A program made the position numbers and the translations under genes. 64,000 bases of DNA from IMG/VR virus record IMGVR_UViG_3300048587_001176. The stretch is one strand, 5' to 3'. Positions 1 to 8,702 of the stretch are shown here, piece by piece; positions within the stretch are counted from its first letter, which is position 1; each line of letters begins with the position of its first letter. This stretch comes from an uncultured virus (IMG/VR IMGVR_UViG_3300048587_001176) (taxonomy: Duplodnaviria; Heunggongvirae; Uroviricota; Caudoviricetes). The notes beneath the pieces were generated by a model. It had not been told where the DNA came from and searched no databases. It worked only from the letters and a program-made list of their open reading frames with translations.

Positions 1-477
1 TCAGTCTTCTCCCCTTAGCCAGGCGTCGTAGTCACGCGACAGGTCGCGGAACTTGCGAGCGGCCTCCTCGACGTGGTCGAGCTGGGCGCGGCTGGTGATG
101 CCGCACCGCTCGCGAATGATGGTCGCAGCGTGATCCTTGTCGGTAGCGCCGATGAAGACCCGGAAGCCGCCCTCGTTGCAGAGGATGCCGGCACGCTGTG
201 CGAGCGGGCCTCCCTTCAGCTCCGCGACCGTGATCGGACGAACCGGGCTCTCTACCTTCATCGCGACGAGGTCTTCGTCCTTCGGTTCGAGGCTGGCCTG
301 CAGCTGGTCCTTCAGGCCTACAATCTCCCCGGGGGCGGCGGGCTTGTAGACGCGCAGGTACGTGTCTTCGCCAACGCCCTCGATCCGCACCTCATAGGGA
401 ACGGCATCCTGGAACGCAGGGCCGAGGAGCGCCTTGAGCGCCCTCGGCAGCCGGATGCTGGTCATAGGCTGGATCAT
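1..477 (-). CDS. hypothetical phage protein
   Basis: 158-aa ORF coupled to the upstream gene (overlap at 474-477). Confidence 0.7.
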   Translation of the reverse strand: MIQPMTSIRLPRALKALLGPAFQDAVPYEVRIEGVGEDTYLRVYKPAAPGEIVGLKDQLQASLEPKDEDLVAMKVESPVRPITVAELKGGPLAQRAGILCNEGGFRVFIGATDKDHAATIIRERCGITSRAQLDHVEEAARKFRDLSRDYDAWLRGED

Positions 478-920
478 GGCGTGACGGGCTGCCCTGCTCG
501 CATGCGCGCCGGAGTGGGCTGCAGGTCAGCGCGCGTGGCGGCGATCAACCCATCAATCACGGCCGCCAGGACCGCGACCCCAAGGCTCGGCCGGTCCCAG
601 ACCCGCGCCATAAACCTCTGCGCGCCCACCGAGAAAGTGAGGTTGCAGGTGTACGTCTTGCGAGCCCCGCGGTGCGAAGAGAGTTCGAAGGTGGCGTTCG
701 GCAGAAGCGCGTCGACGATCGTCTCTGCCGCGCCCATCTGGCTGAGCTCCCCGCCGCTGCCGATCGCCATGAAGACCTGGCCGACAACGGACTTGGGGAG
801 GGCGCGATCTGCCGCAGCGATAATGGCCTGCCGGTCGCGGCGGATCGGCACGCCGGTGAGGGATCTCACCACCCCTTGGAGGGCCAGTAGCGAGTTGATT
901 TCGTAGGTGAAGGCGGTCAT
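474..920 (-). CDS. hypothetical phage protein
   Basis: Start reassigned to MTAFTYEI (ATG at 920), overlapping the upstream stop. Confidence 0.65.
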   Translation of the reverse strand: MTAFTYEINSLLALQGVVRSLTGVPIRRDRQAIIAAADRALPKSVVGQVFMAIGSGGELSQMGAAETIVDALLPNATFELSSHRGARKTYTCNLTFSVGAQRFMARVWDRPSLGVAVLAAVIDGLIAATRADLQPTPARMRAGQPVTP

Positions 921-1156
921 GTGGTCTTCTCGACAGGCGGGTGGACGATGTCGCCATCGGCGTCCATCAGGGGGTTGGAGGGCCAGCCGTGGAGCGCGAT
1001 GTTCCGCGCTCGGAGGCTCCGGTTGTAGGCCTTGAAGGCGAGGTTGAACGGCGTGGTGAGGACGGCAGAGACGGCCCACGAAACGGGCCAAATCCCCCAG
1101 GCAAGCCCCCAGGTCAGCCAGGGGTTCGCCCCCATGAAACTCAGGATCTCGATCAA
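917..1156 (-). CDS. small membrane protein
   Basis: Trp-rich hydrophobic N-half (WLTWGLAWGIWPVSWAV); coupled on both sides. Confidence 0.65.
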   Translation of the reverse strand: MIEILSFMGANPWLTWGLAWGIWPVSWAVSAVLTTPFNLAFKAYNRSLRARNIALHGWPSNPLMDADGDIVHPPVEKTT

Positions 1157-1770
1157 AAGCGGGTCTCCCTCAGGGCGGCCATGCGCGCCTCGTTCAGTTC
1201 AGCCATCTTCTCGTGAGAGCCGCCGGGAACGTCCGGATGCCGGTCCCGCGCGAGCACTCGATAGCGGGCCTCGATCGCGTCTTGAGTGACGATGCCATCA
1301 CCGAACGCCATCACCTGGCGCCACCCCTTGGTGGGCGGGGGCAGTTGAGCGAAGCCGCGGAACATGTCCTCCACCGTCGCCACTCCGTACCGCTCGATCG
1401 CCCGGGTAGCCTCGATGTGGGCGGCGATGGCCGCGATGTTGTCGGCCGCCCGGCGGTATGTATCGCAGGGCAGGGCGTGCGGCTTCCCGTTCAGGGTGAA
1501 GTAGAGGCACACCCCCGGGTCCGACGGGTTGCCCTGGTCGGCGCGCGGAGCGCCGTCCAGGCGAGGGACGAGGTTGCTCGACAGCATGACGTCGGTCGCC
1601 TTGAGCCGATCGATCTCGGCCTGAAGGCGCTTCAGCGCATCAGCGATGGACAGGCTCTTCTTGTCCGTCGAGTTGCCCACGCCGGGCACCCGCTTGCCGA
1701 ACGCGCTATCCTTCCGGACGGTCTTGCGCGGATGGCCTTCGGGCCAGAGTAGGGGGAAGGGCCCGGGCAT
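1153..1770 (-). CDS. phage DnaJ-domain protein
   Basis: C-terminal J-domain with HPD motif (YRVLARDRHPDVPGGSHEKMAELNEAR); start MPGPFPL at 1770. Confidence 0.85.
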   Translation of the reverse strand: MPGPFPLLWPEGHPRKTVRKDSAFGKRVPGVGNSTDKKSLSIADALKRLQAEIDRLKATDVMLSSNLVPRLDGAPRADQGNPSDPGVCLYFTLNGKPHALPCDTYRRAADNIAAIAAHIEATRAIERYGVATVEDMFRGFAQLPPPTKGWRQVMAFGDGIVTQDAIEARYRVLARDRHPDVPGGSHEKMAELNEARMAALRETRF

Positions 1771-2153
1771 CAGGAGCACCCCGTTGTGGTGCCGCAGTCG
1801 ACGCAGACTTCGCAGTGCCCCGACACCTTCATCTTCATCGAGTTGCAGTTCGTGCACTGGTTGCCCGTGAAGCCCTGTGCCTTAGCCTCCAGGCGGGTAA
1901 CCTGGGGCTGCGGCTGAGGCGGCTGGGCGTCGGGCTCGTGGATAATCGAGCCATCTTCCCATGCCGCCTTCACCGCGGCGGCCGTCTCGAACGAGCCGAT
2001 GCGGCCGAGGAACCCGAGGATGGCATTGGCGGCTGCCATCGACCCGGCTTCGTAGCCTTGATCGAACGCCTGCAGCGGTGCTTCGGCGATTGAGAGTTCC
2101 TGCATCAGCTCGGGGATGCTGGTGTCGCCGGGGATGTTCGGAAGGTCCGTCAT
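1770..2153 (-). CDS. zinc-ribbon protein resembling the C-terminal tail of class II ribonucleotide reductase
   Basis: C-terminus EAKAQGFTGNQCTNC...GHCEVCVDCGTTTGCS. Confidence 0.65.
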   Translation of the reverse strand: MTDLPNIPGDTSIPELMQELSIAEAPLQAFDQGYEAGSMAAANAILGFLGRIGSFETAAAVKAAWEDGSIIHEPDAQPPQPQPQVTRLEAKAQGFTGNQCTNCNSMKMKVSGHCEVCVDCGTTTGCS

Positions 2154-2404
2154 GCCTGCACCCGATCGATCGAGGTCAACGCGTTGAGCTCCTCAAAGGT
2201 GATGAGGCGGAAGTCGCCGCCGATGATCTCCGCCTTGGCCAACTGACGGCCGAGCAGGTTCTGGGCGTTGGCGAGCTGCGTCTCCGTGCGGCTCTTCGCC
2301 CGCTGAGCGGTCTCCAGCGCCTTGGTGTCCTCGACCAGCTGGCGCTGGTGTCGCTCGACGTCGCCGATCAGGTCGGCGAGCTTGATGGGTTCGGGCGCGG
2401 TCAT
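2150..2404 (-). CDS. hypothetical coiled-coil protein
   Basis: 84-aa coupled ORF. Confidence 0.65.
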   Translation of the reverse strand: MTAPEPIKLADLIGDVERHQRQLVEDTKALETAQRAKSRTETQLANAQNLLGRQLAKAEIIGGDFRLITFEELNALTSIDRVQA

Positions 2405-2853
2405 CAGTTCGTCCTCTGCTGCTTGAAGGCTTCGATCATCTGGCGCAGCAGGGCCTTGGACCCGCCGGGCATGAAGTAGCCGATGGAGTGTTTGTTCTGG
2501 ATCTCGATGCCGAAGGGCTCGAGCCGCCGCCTCAGGGCGGCGACGTGGGCCTTGATGGAGTTATCGCTGGCGGGGCGCGGCTCATGGTCCTCGTAGGCGC
2601 TCGCAATGAGCATGCCCCGGGTGGCCACGTCGGCCTCGAGGATGGCCCCGAGGATCAGCAGCGGCTTGCCGGCGAGGTCGAGGAAGCCGATCGGAACGGT
2701 GAACTGGCCGAGCGCCCTTCGATACAGGTCGGTCTCAGCCTCCAGCACCCGGCAGCGCTCGTCCATCTTCTCGAGGGCGGCGGTCAGGTCGACGTGCTTT
2801 TCCATCAGGCGATCGAGCTGAACCCGCAGGGTCTTGACCTGGAAGTCGCTCAT
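2404..2853 (-). CDS. OmpR/PhoB-type winged-helix DNA-binding protein without receiver domain
   Basis: NSIKAHVAALRRRL...IQNKHSIGY resembles trans_reg_C; N-terminal coiled coil; start MSDFQ at 2853. Confidence 0.75.
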   Translation of the reverse strand: MSDFQVKTLRVQLDRLMEKHVDLTAALEKMDERCRVLEAETDLYRRALGQFTVPIGFLDLAGKPLLILGAILEADVATRGMLIASAYEDHEPRPASDNSIKAHVAALRRRLEPFGIEIQNKHSIGYFMPGGSKALLRQMIEAFKQQRTN

Positions 2854-3080
2854 AGTCCGGCGCTCCTTTCGAGGACGATTTGTTTGCAGCGCTCCCAAGT
2901 CCGCTGCTGCATCGCGAACAGCTTCTCGGTTGCGCGCCGGCGCAGACGGACCTTGATCCGGCGGCGCAGGTGCTTCAGGCGCGCCGGCACCAGCTTCCAG
3001 TGCTTCGCGCAGATCCACTCAGCGAAGGGTTCCTTCGTCGTGCAGCGACAGAACGGGACGAGGCAGGTGAGCCGGGCCAT
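2850..3080 (-). CDS. small Cys/His zinc-binding protein
   Basis: CLVPFC...ICAKHW; start MARLTC at 3080. Confidence 0.6.
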   Translation of the reverse strand: MARLTCLVPFCRCTTKEPFAEWICAKHWKLVPARLKHLRRRIKVRLRRRATEKLFAMQQRTWERCKQIVLERSAGL

Positions 3081-4192
3081 CACATCACCACCGTGACGCG
3101 CTCGGCCGCGCGGGTGACGCCGGTGTAGAGCCACCGGGCGGGATCCTCGCGGGCGACGAACGACTCGTCGAAGAGGTAGACGCTGCCCCACTGGGAGCCC
3201 TGCGACTTGTGGCAGGTCAGCGCGTAGCCGAAGGTGAACTCCTGGTAGCGCTTCTTCTGCTGCCAAGTGAGCTCGTCGCCCCGGTCCTGGAAGAACAGCT
3301 CGCTCGTTTTGACCGTCGCCTTGGCCTGCCGCTTCCCGGCGTCCTCAGGCGAGAGCACCATCGAGAAGTCGGAGAGCTTGAGCCCGGGCGCCACCTCGTC
3401 GACGGTGAACAGCATCCCGTTCAGCAGACCCAACTGGTGGTAGTTGCGGAGGCACACGACCTTGTCGCCGACCTCGGCGCGGGCCTTGTGCTCGCGTCCC
3501 TTCAGGACACGGATGCGATCATTGTAGGTTCGGCGGGTCCGGTTCGTGCCGACGACCACCTGGTCCGCCGTGAGCACGTCCTGGGCATTCACCTGCTGAC
3601 GTGTGATGACGCGCGACGAGCCATAGGTGCCATAGTCCAGGCCACGCCCCTCCCGGATGTCGATCGACATCTGGATGATCGGGTTGCCCTTCGCCTGCCG
3701 ATGGATGTCGGTGAGCATGATGTCGGGCTCGGCTACCGTGAAGAAGCCGGACCCCTTGACCGGCGGCAGCTGGAAGGGGTCGCCGAGGACGAGCACCTTC
3801 TTGCCGAACGACAGAAGATCCATCGCGACGATCTCGTCGACCATCGAGACCTCGTCGATAACGACCAGGTCGGCATCCTTGACGGCCGAGTCGCGGTTGA
3901 CCTCCCAGACCGGGTCGCCGCCGGCGCGGGTGATCGCGTTCTCCCGGTCGATCCGGTAGATCAGGCTGTGGATGGTAGTGGCGCCGACGCAGCCGTTCTT
4001 CCGCATGACGAGCGCGGCTTTGCCGGTGTAGGCGGCATAGACGACTTCGTTCACTTCCTCGGCGAGGTGCCGGGCAAGCGTCGACTTGCCCGTCCCTGCC
4101 CATCCGAACAGCCGGAAGACCTGCTTGTTGCTGTGCTTCAGCCAGTGGCTCGCGGCCTGCAGCGCTGCGTCCTGTTGAGGCGACCACTGCAT
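3080..4192 (-). CDS. RecD/Dda-like SF1B DNA helicase
   Basis: Walker A GWAGTGKS, AYTGKAA, TIHSLIY, DEVSM, GDPFQLPPV, TCHKSQGSQW, YTGVTRA. Confidence 0.92.
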   Translation of the reverse strand: MQWSPQQDAALQAASHWLKHSNKQVFRLFGWAGTGKSTLARHLAEEVNEVVYAAYTGKAALVMRKNGCVGATTIHSLIYRIDRENAITRAGGDPVWEVNRDSAVKDADLVVIDEVSMVDEIVAMDLLSFGKKVLVLGDPFQLPPVKGSGFFTVAEPDIMLTDIHRQAKGNPIIQMSIDIREGRGLDYGTYGSSRVITRQQVNAQDVLTADQVVVGTNRTRRTYNDRIRVLKGREHKARAEVGDKVVCLRNYHQLGLLNGMLFTVDEVAPGLKLSDFSMVLSPEDAGKRQAKATVKTSELFFQDRGDELTWQQKKRYQEFTFGYALTCHKSQGSQWGSVYLFDESFVAREDPARWLYTGVTRAAERVTVVM

Positions 4193-4395
4193 CAGACGAG
4201 TTCCTTCTGCTGGGCAAGCCAGCTGGGCAGCGTGACGACGACGTGGTTGTTCGCTTTCTCCTCAAGCTCGACCAGTTCGAGGGGCAGCCAGACGGCACGG
4301 CGCCGGTCGCCGTCATCGGAGACCAGGATGCCCTTATTGGTGCGGTGGTGGACCTTCATCTCGATGTCGAGCAGGTCTGATTTGCCGTTCTGCAT
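4192..4395 (-). CDS. hypothetical phage protein
   Basis: 67-aa coupled ORF. Confidence 0.7.
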   Translation of the reverse strand: MQNGKSDLLDIEMKVHHRTNKGILVSDDGDRRRAVWLPLELVELEEKANNHVVVTLPSWLAQQKELV

Positions 4396-4398
4396 GGC

Positions 4399-4602
4399 TC
4401 AGTCCTTGAGGTGCAGCGCGTGAAGCGCACGATCGATGACCGCAGCGACGAAGCGGAGTTCCTCGTCGGTCATCAGCGAGAGCTGGAGATTGTCGACGGG
4501 CAGAGACGTGATGGCCTTGGCCTCCTGCGGCCGGCGTTCGAGGCCATGCTCGAGCCGGAAGCAGTAGACGAAGCCCATCGGTGATACGTGCTCGCGCGCC
4601 AT
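4399..4602 (-). CDS. hypothetical protein
   Basis: Start MAREHV at 4602, downstream of an intergenic hairpin. Confidence 0.55.
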   Translation of the reverse strand: MAREHVSPMGFVYCFRLEHGLERRPQEAKAITSLPVDNLQLSLMTDEELRFVAAVIDRALHALHLKD

Positions 4603-4623
4603 CGTCGATCTCGGGTGAGGGGA

Positions 4624-4653
4624 TGCGGCGCCGCCGAGGGGAGCGGCGCCGCA
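4624..4653. other. perfect 11-bp intergenic inverted repeat (processing or termination hairpin)
   Basis: TGCGGCGCCGC-cgagggga-GCGGCGCCGCA. Confidence 0.6.
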
Positions 4654-4690
4654 ATCACGGTTAGGGCCGGGAGGAGGTGGCCCGCCGCGA

Positions 4691-5017
4691 TCAGGGTGCG
4701 GGGTTGAACCGCCGCAGGAACTCGTCATGGGGACGGACCCAGGCCTCGCCGTCTTCCAGGCTGACGTAGACCGTGACCTGGTCGCCTTCCTTGATCGGCT
4801 CCGCGCACTGCACCTGGGCCGCAGGGTAGATGACCTCGTAGCGCTGACTCGTCCGGACGACGTGGGAGTAGATCGGGCCGGTCTGCTGCAACCGTTCGGC
4901 TGCCAGCCGCAGGGTCGTCTTCGTGCCGGCGCTCAGGTGGCGGCTGCGCGCCAACTCGAGCAGTGCGAGCGCGATCTCTTCGTCTGTGGTCGGCGGTTCA
5001 TTTCCTGACGCAGTCAT
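4691..5017 (-). CDS. DUF1653-like protein
   Basis: YSH...RYEVI...VTVYVSLEDGEAWVRPHDEFLRRF. Confidence 0.65.
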   Translation of the reverse strand: MTASGNEPPTTDEEIALALLELARSRHLSAGTKTTLRLAAERLQQTGPIYSHVVRTSQRYEVIYPAAQVQCAEPIKEGDQVTVYVSLEDGEAWVRPHDEFLRRFNPAP

Positions 5018-5373
5018 GGCCTTAGTTTCCTATTCAACCGAGCGAGACGGATCACCTTCTCGCCCTCCGCAACATCCCCGCTGACCCCGTGGAGCAGCAG
5101 AGCCACCTTCACAGGGTCGATCCCCTGCCGTTCCCAGAAGTCGCGCTCGCCCATCGAGTGCTGCTCCCGGTGAATTTCCCAATGAAGCGGGACGGCGAAA
5201 CGATCGTCCGGCTTCTCACCTTTTCCCGTGTGGGGCTTGTCCCGTGTAACGTCGGCATAGCGGACGTGCGCCGCCTCGACCGGGGTGCGCCCGGTCACCA
5301 AGCAAGGCAGCTGGCGAATGAAGCTGAGGTGCTTCTCGTCGCGCTGCCGGGGCGTGCGTTGACGGAGGGTCAT
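5014..5373 (-). CDS. DUF968-like / HNH-related recombination nuclease
   Basis: HLSFIRQLPC..G..PVEAAHVR...KPDDRFAVPL...H.EQH. Confidence 0.75.
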   Translation of the reverse strand: MTLRQRTPRQRDEKHLSFIRQLPCLVTGRTPVEAAHVRYADVTRDKPHTGKGEKPDDRFAVPLHWEIHREQHSMGERDFWERQGIDPVKVALLLHGVSGDVAEGEKVIRLARLNRKLRP

Positions 5374-6068
5374 TTCCCCAGCCTATCCTTGAGGTGCATC
5401 CGGGCCACTTCCAGGACGTCGGGGTTCACCTTCTCGGCGTCGTTGACCATCCAGCTGAGGTAATCCGTTGGGACATCCGCCCAGCGGGAGCCACGGTGCT
5501 TGTTGCCAAACTCGAGGGTGGGCAGGTGGACCGGCTGCTCAGCCCAGCCGACCAGGTCTTCGACCGTCACCTTGCGAAGCATCCGCACGAGAATGCACGC
5601 CGTCACATGGACGTCCGCCCCGGCCCGGTGCGGCGGCATTGCCAGCTCCGGGTCGACCTCGAGGTTCAGCCAGTAGCGCAGCCCTTGGTTTGAGTGCGTC
5701 GGGGCGGAGGGGATCATCCGCTTCGCGGCCTTGTAGGTGCAGATCCACGGGAAGCCTTCCGGTGTCGGGATGAAGTGCTGGTCGAAGCGCTTGTTGTGGG
5801 CCGCGTAAATGTCGCCCGGCTCCATCCCGTCATGCAGGAGAGCCAGGGCGCCGGCAGGAACGGGTGCGCCTACCACCATCGCGTCGACGATGTGATGCAC
5901 GGCCGATGCCACTGCCGGAATGGGGAGGCACGGGTTAACGAAGGTCGACCGAGGGGGCGTCACCGCCAGCGTATCGATGTCGACGTCGCACCAGGCCAGT
6001 TCGACGAGACGGGCGTTTTCGTCCGTCTCCAGGCCCGTGGTCTCGCTGTCGCACACGCGGATTTTCAT
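5370..6068 (-). CDS. DEDDh 3'-5' exonuclease (ExoX-like)
   Basis: DSETTG, AHNKRFD, HRAGADV motifs; C-terminal FGNKHRG...VPTDYLSW. Confidence 0.9.
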   Translation of the reverse strand: MKIRVCDSETTGLETDENARLVELAWCDVDIDTLAVTPPRSTFVNPCLPIPAVASAVHHIVDAMVVGAPVPAGALALLHDGMEPGDIYAAHNKRFDQHFIPTPEGFPWICTYKAAKRMIPSAPTHSNQGLRYWLNLEVDPELAMPPHRAGADVHVTACILVRMLRKVTVEDLVGWAEQPVHLPTLEFGNKHRGSRWADVPTDYLSWMVNDAEKVNPDVLEVARMHLKDRLGK

Positions 6069-6114
6069 GAAAATACCTTCCTAAAGAACCGGCGCCAATT
6101 CCGACGCCAGGCGT

Positions 6115-6129
6115 GAACGACAGGAGAAC
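6115..6129. promoter_or_regulatory. alphaproteobacterial-type LexA (SOS) box
   Basis: GAAC-gacagga-GAAC in the intergenic gap upstream of the leftward exonuclease operon. Confidence 0.65.
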
Positions 6130-6200
6130 ACGGAGAAATAATTCCTATGCACACTGGATAAAAGCAAGGAGCAAATTCCTAAGACTTTTGTGTCCACAGG

Positions 6201-6209
6201 TTATTCACA
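6201..6209 (+). promoter_or_regulatory. DnaA box
   Basis: TTATTCACA matches TTWTNCACA; degenerate GTGTCCACA adjacent at 6190-6198; AT-rich gap. Confidence 0.5.
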
Positions 6210-6214
6210 GGGGC

Positions 6215-7348
6215 CTATTCGGAGTGCCAGCCGTTGAACCAGACCTCGCGAGCCTGCCCCTCGTAGGGGCAGCTCGGCTCACCGCCGGCAGCCTTTGCGG
6301 TCTTGCCCTCGGCGAAGAATGTCTCGAGCTCGTCGTCGGTTAGCTTGGTCGGCTTCGGGCGGACATCGGCGGCGGTGCGCTTGTCCTCGCCCTCCGCGGG
6401 CTTGCCCTGCTGCGGCTGCTGATCCTGCTGCTGCGCGCCTTCCGTAGCAGGATTGTTTTCCTGCGACGCCTTGTCCTGGGCGGGCTTGCCCTGCTGGCCC
6501 GCTCGGTCCAGCGGGTTGTACGTCTTGTCGACTTCGCGGCGCTGCTCCGCCTCTTTGGCGAACGCCTCCTCGACCGTCGACTCGCCGCTCTTGATCGCCT
6601 GGTAGATGCCGATCAGCGTGACCAGGTGGTCGCCCGTGATGTCGTCGGACGTCTCGAGGTTGAGGTGTTCGATGATCTGCTCGGGCTTCACGCCATAGGC
6701 GGCGAACGCCTTGAACGCGTCACCGCGACGCTTCGGCAGCGACTCGGCGTCACCGGCGATCATCTTGCGGGCGGCCTGGTAGGCCACGCGGTAGAGAGGG
6801 CGCGGGATGCCGGCCAGGATCGCGTTGCGCTTGGCGATCGCGCAGGCTGCGTTGGAGGTGACGAGGATCATGTCCTCGCTGAAGAGGTAGCCTCCCGAGG
6901 TGGAGATGCGGCGACGGACGCGCGAGCGCGAGCCCATGTTCGTCTCGAGGTCGATGAAGATGCCCTCGGCCTCGACCCACTTCTCCTGCTTGTTGACCTC
7001 GACGACGTGCGCGTCGATGCGGCAGTTGCCGTACTGCTGCGCGGCGATCTCGGCGAGCCGGATGCTCGGCCCCTCGATCGGCTTCGCCTCGGTGTCGTCC
7101 GAGTTGCCCTGCTTGTTCTTCTTCTTCGAGCCGCGGACGAGCGCGTAAAGGCACTCCGCCGCCGACTCCTCGTCCATCGTGGCGAGCTCGACGATCTTGG
7201 CCTGGATGGCCTTGAAGGTCGGGCGCGGCCGCGCAAGGGCGAGGGCCACTTGCGGATCGTTCATCACCGGAAGAGGAGCCTGGTAGGCGACAGTGATCGC
7301 CCGTTCCTGCGAAACCTCACCGGTCTGCGGGTCGTACTGGTCAGTCAT
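6215..7348 (-). CDS. putative recombination / ssDNA-annealing protein
   Basis: 377 aa, IEGPSIRLAE motif, disordered Q-rich C-terminus; directly downstream of an exonuclease (function by synteny). Confidence 0.55.
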   Translation of the reverse strand: MTDQYDPQTGEVSQERAITVAYQAPLPVMNDPQVALALARPRPTFKAIQAKIVELATMDEESAAECLYALVRGSKKKNKQGNSDDTEAKPIEGPSIRLAEIAAQQYGNCRIDAHVVEVNKQEKWVEAEGIFIDLETNMGSRSRVRRRISTSGGYLFSEDMILVTSNAACAIAKRNAILAGIPRPLYRVAYQAARKMIAGDAESLPKRRGDAFKAFAAYGVKPEQIIEHLNLETSDDITGDHLVTLIGIYQAIKSGESTVEEAFAKEAEQRREVDKTYNPLDRAGQQGKPAQDKASQENNPATEGAQQQDQQPQQGKPAEGEDKRTAADVRPKPTKLTDDELETFFAEGKTAKAAGGEPSCPYEGQAREVWFNGWHSE

Positions 7349-7362
7349 GGTGTCCCTTGGGG

Positions 7363-8430
7363 TTAGGCGTAGATGCCGAAGCTCGGCGGGAAGTCCTCGT
7401 TGTCGAGGACGATCACGTCCGCCTCTGGAGCCCAGTCCTTGTCGGTGCCGAACTTCTCGCGGAACTGCTTGTAGGTGCCGATCGCCTGCTCAACCTCGCT
7501 GCGCGCGGCGGCGAAGACGGCGAGTTCGTCGGGGAACTCGATCAGGGTCGACACAGGGGCGCCTTCGGCTTTCACGAAGAGCCAGAGCCACTGGATGCTG
7601 TCCTTGGCGAACAGCATGTCGATGTAGCGCTCGTAGGGTTCCTCGCCGTGCACCTGGAGGGTGCCGGCGAGATACTGCTCGCGGATGGCCGAGAAGGCCT
7701 TGCGGTAGGCCGCCGACTGGATGTCGTAGCGAAAGTCCCGGATGGCCTTGATGACGTTCTTCCGTGTCTCGCGGGGGCGCCACGGGCGGAACGTCTTGAT
7801 GTCGATGGCAATGCCGGGGAACAGGTAGTCGAAGCGCGCCTTCAGGCGGACGCCCTCATACTCGTAGAAGACCGACACCTCAGGGGAACCGCCGATGAAC
7901 GTGCCATCGTGGAGCACCTTCTGCAGCTTCTCGTGACGCGTCATCCACTCGACGGCCAGCTCGATCTCCCGGGCCGCCTTCGCCGGCAGGGCGGTGACCC
8001 CTTCCTCGATCTGAGCGTTGAAGCGCTCGACGATGGTGTCCCAGACGTGGGCGGTCGGGTCGGTCGTCTTCACCAGGGCGACGAAGTCAGCCTTCGACTT
8101 GCACCCCTTGGTCGAGATGTCCTGGACGGCGAGCCACTCGCGCATGTCCTGGATCGTGACCAGCAACTGCCCCTTGGGGAAGTCCTTCTGCGAGGGGGCA
8201 ACCTTGAACTTGCGCTCGAATGCCTCGGTGCCTTCAAGGACGCGAGCATGGAACGCGGAGCCCCAGACCTTGGCCGGAGTATCCTTGTCCTCGCCGTAGA
8301 GCTTGTCGAACTGGAAGTCGACGGCGTCGAGGAAGACCGACTTCAGGTCGGTCGATCCGAGCGCAGGATCCGCGTGATAGGTCGCGTCATCGAGGCCGAA
8401 ATGGAGGCCCAATGGGAGAAGTTCGGTCAC
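7363..8430 (-). CDS. PD-(D/E)XK exonuclease (RecE/exonuclease VIII-like)
   Basis: YHADPALGSTDLK, GSAFHA, EVSVF..KARFD...DIKT...YDIQSAAY; probable GTG start at 8430 downstream of the promoter. Confidence 0.85.
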   Translation of the reverse strand: MTELLPLGLHFGLDDATYHADPALGSTDLKSVFLDAVDFQFDKLYGEDKDTPAKVWGSAFHARVLEGTEAFERKFKVAPSQKDFPKGQLLVTIQDMREWLAVQDISTKGCKSKADFVALVKTTDPTAHVWDTIVERFNAQIEEGVTALPAKAAREIELAVEWMTRHEKLQKVLHDGTFIGGSPEVSVFYEYEGVRLKARFDYLFPGIAIDIKTFRPWRPRETRKNVIKAIRDFRYDIQSAAYRKAFSAIREQYLAGTLQVHGEEPYERYIDMLFAKDSIQWLWLFVKAEGAPVSTLIEFPDELAVFAAARSEVEQAIGTYKQFREKFGTDKDWAPEADVIVLDNEDFPPSFGIYA

Positions 8431-8466
8431 CGTCGCCGCCTTGCTTGGTGTGTTCGCTATGCCGGG

Positions 8467-8506
8467 AGAATAGCGAACAATTCCCAAACGTCAATGCGCT
8501 GCGCAT
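8467..8506 (-). promoter_or_regulatory. PL-like leftward promoter with repressor operator
   Basis: Minus strand TTGACG-16nt-TATTCT; palindrome ATGC-gctgc-GCAT (8494-8506) abuts the -35. Confidence 0.65.
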
Positions 8507-8521
8507 AGCCATGCATCAAAA

Positions 8522-8530
8522 TTATCCACA
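8522..8530 (+). promoter_or_regulatory. DnaA box (perfect consensus)
   Basis: TTATCCACA in intergenic DNA. Confidence 0.5.
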
Positions 8531-8702
8531 GGGCATCATGCGTGTTGACGCGATCGCCTCGCGCGCAGTAACAACCTCTCACCTTGAAGATAACCGTCGA
8601 CAAGGGGGGAGGGGGGTCTACCCCCCCCTCACCCCCGCCCAAGGTTCCTCTCGTTATAGAGTTCAAATATAGGTAGGTGCGCGTAGGCGAACGCGCGGCG
8701 CT

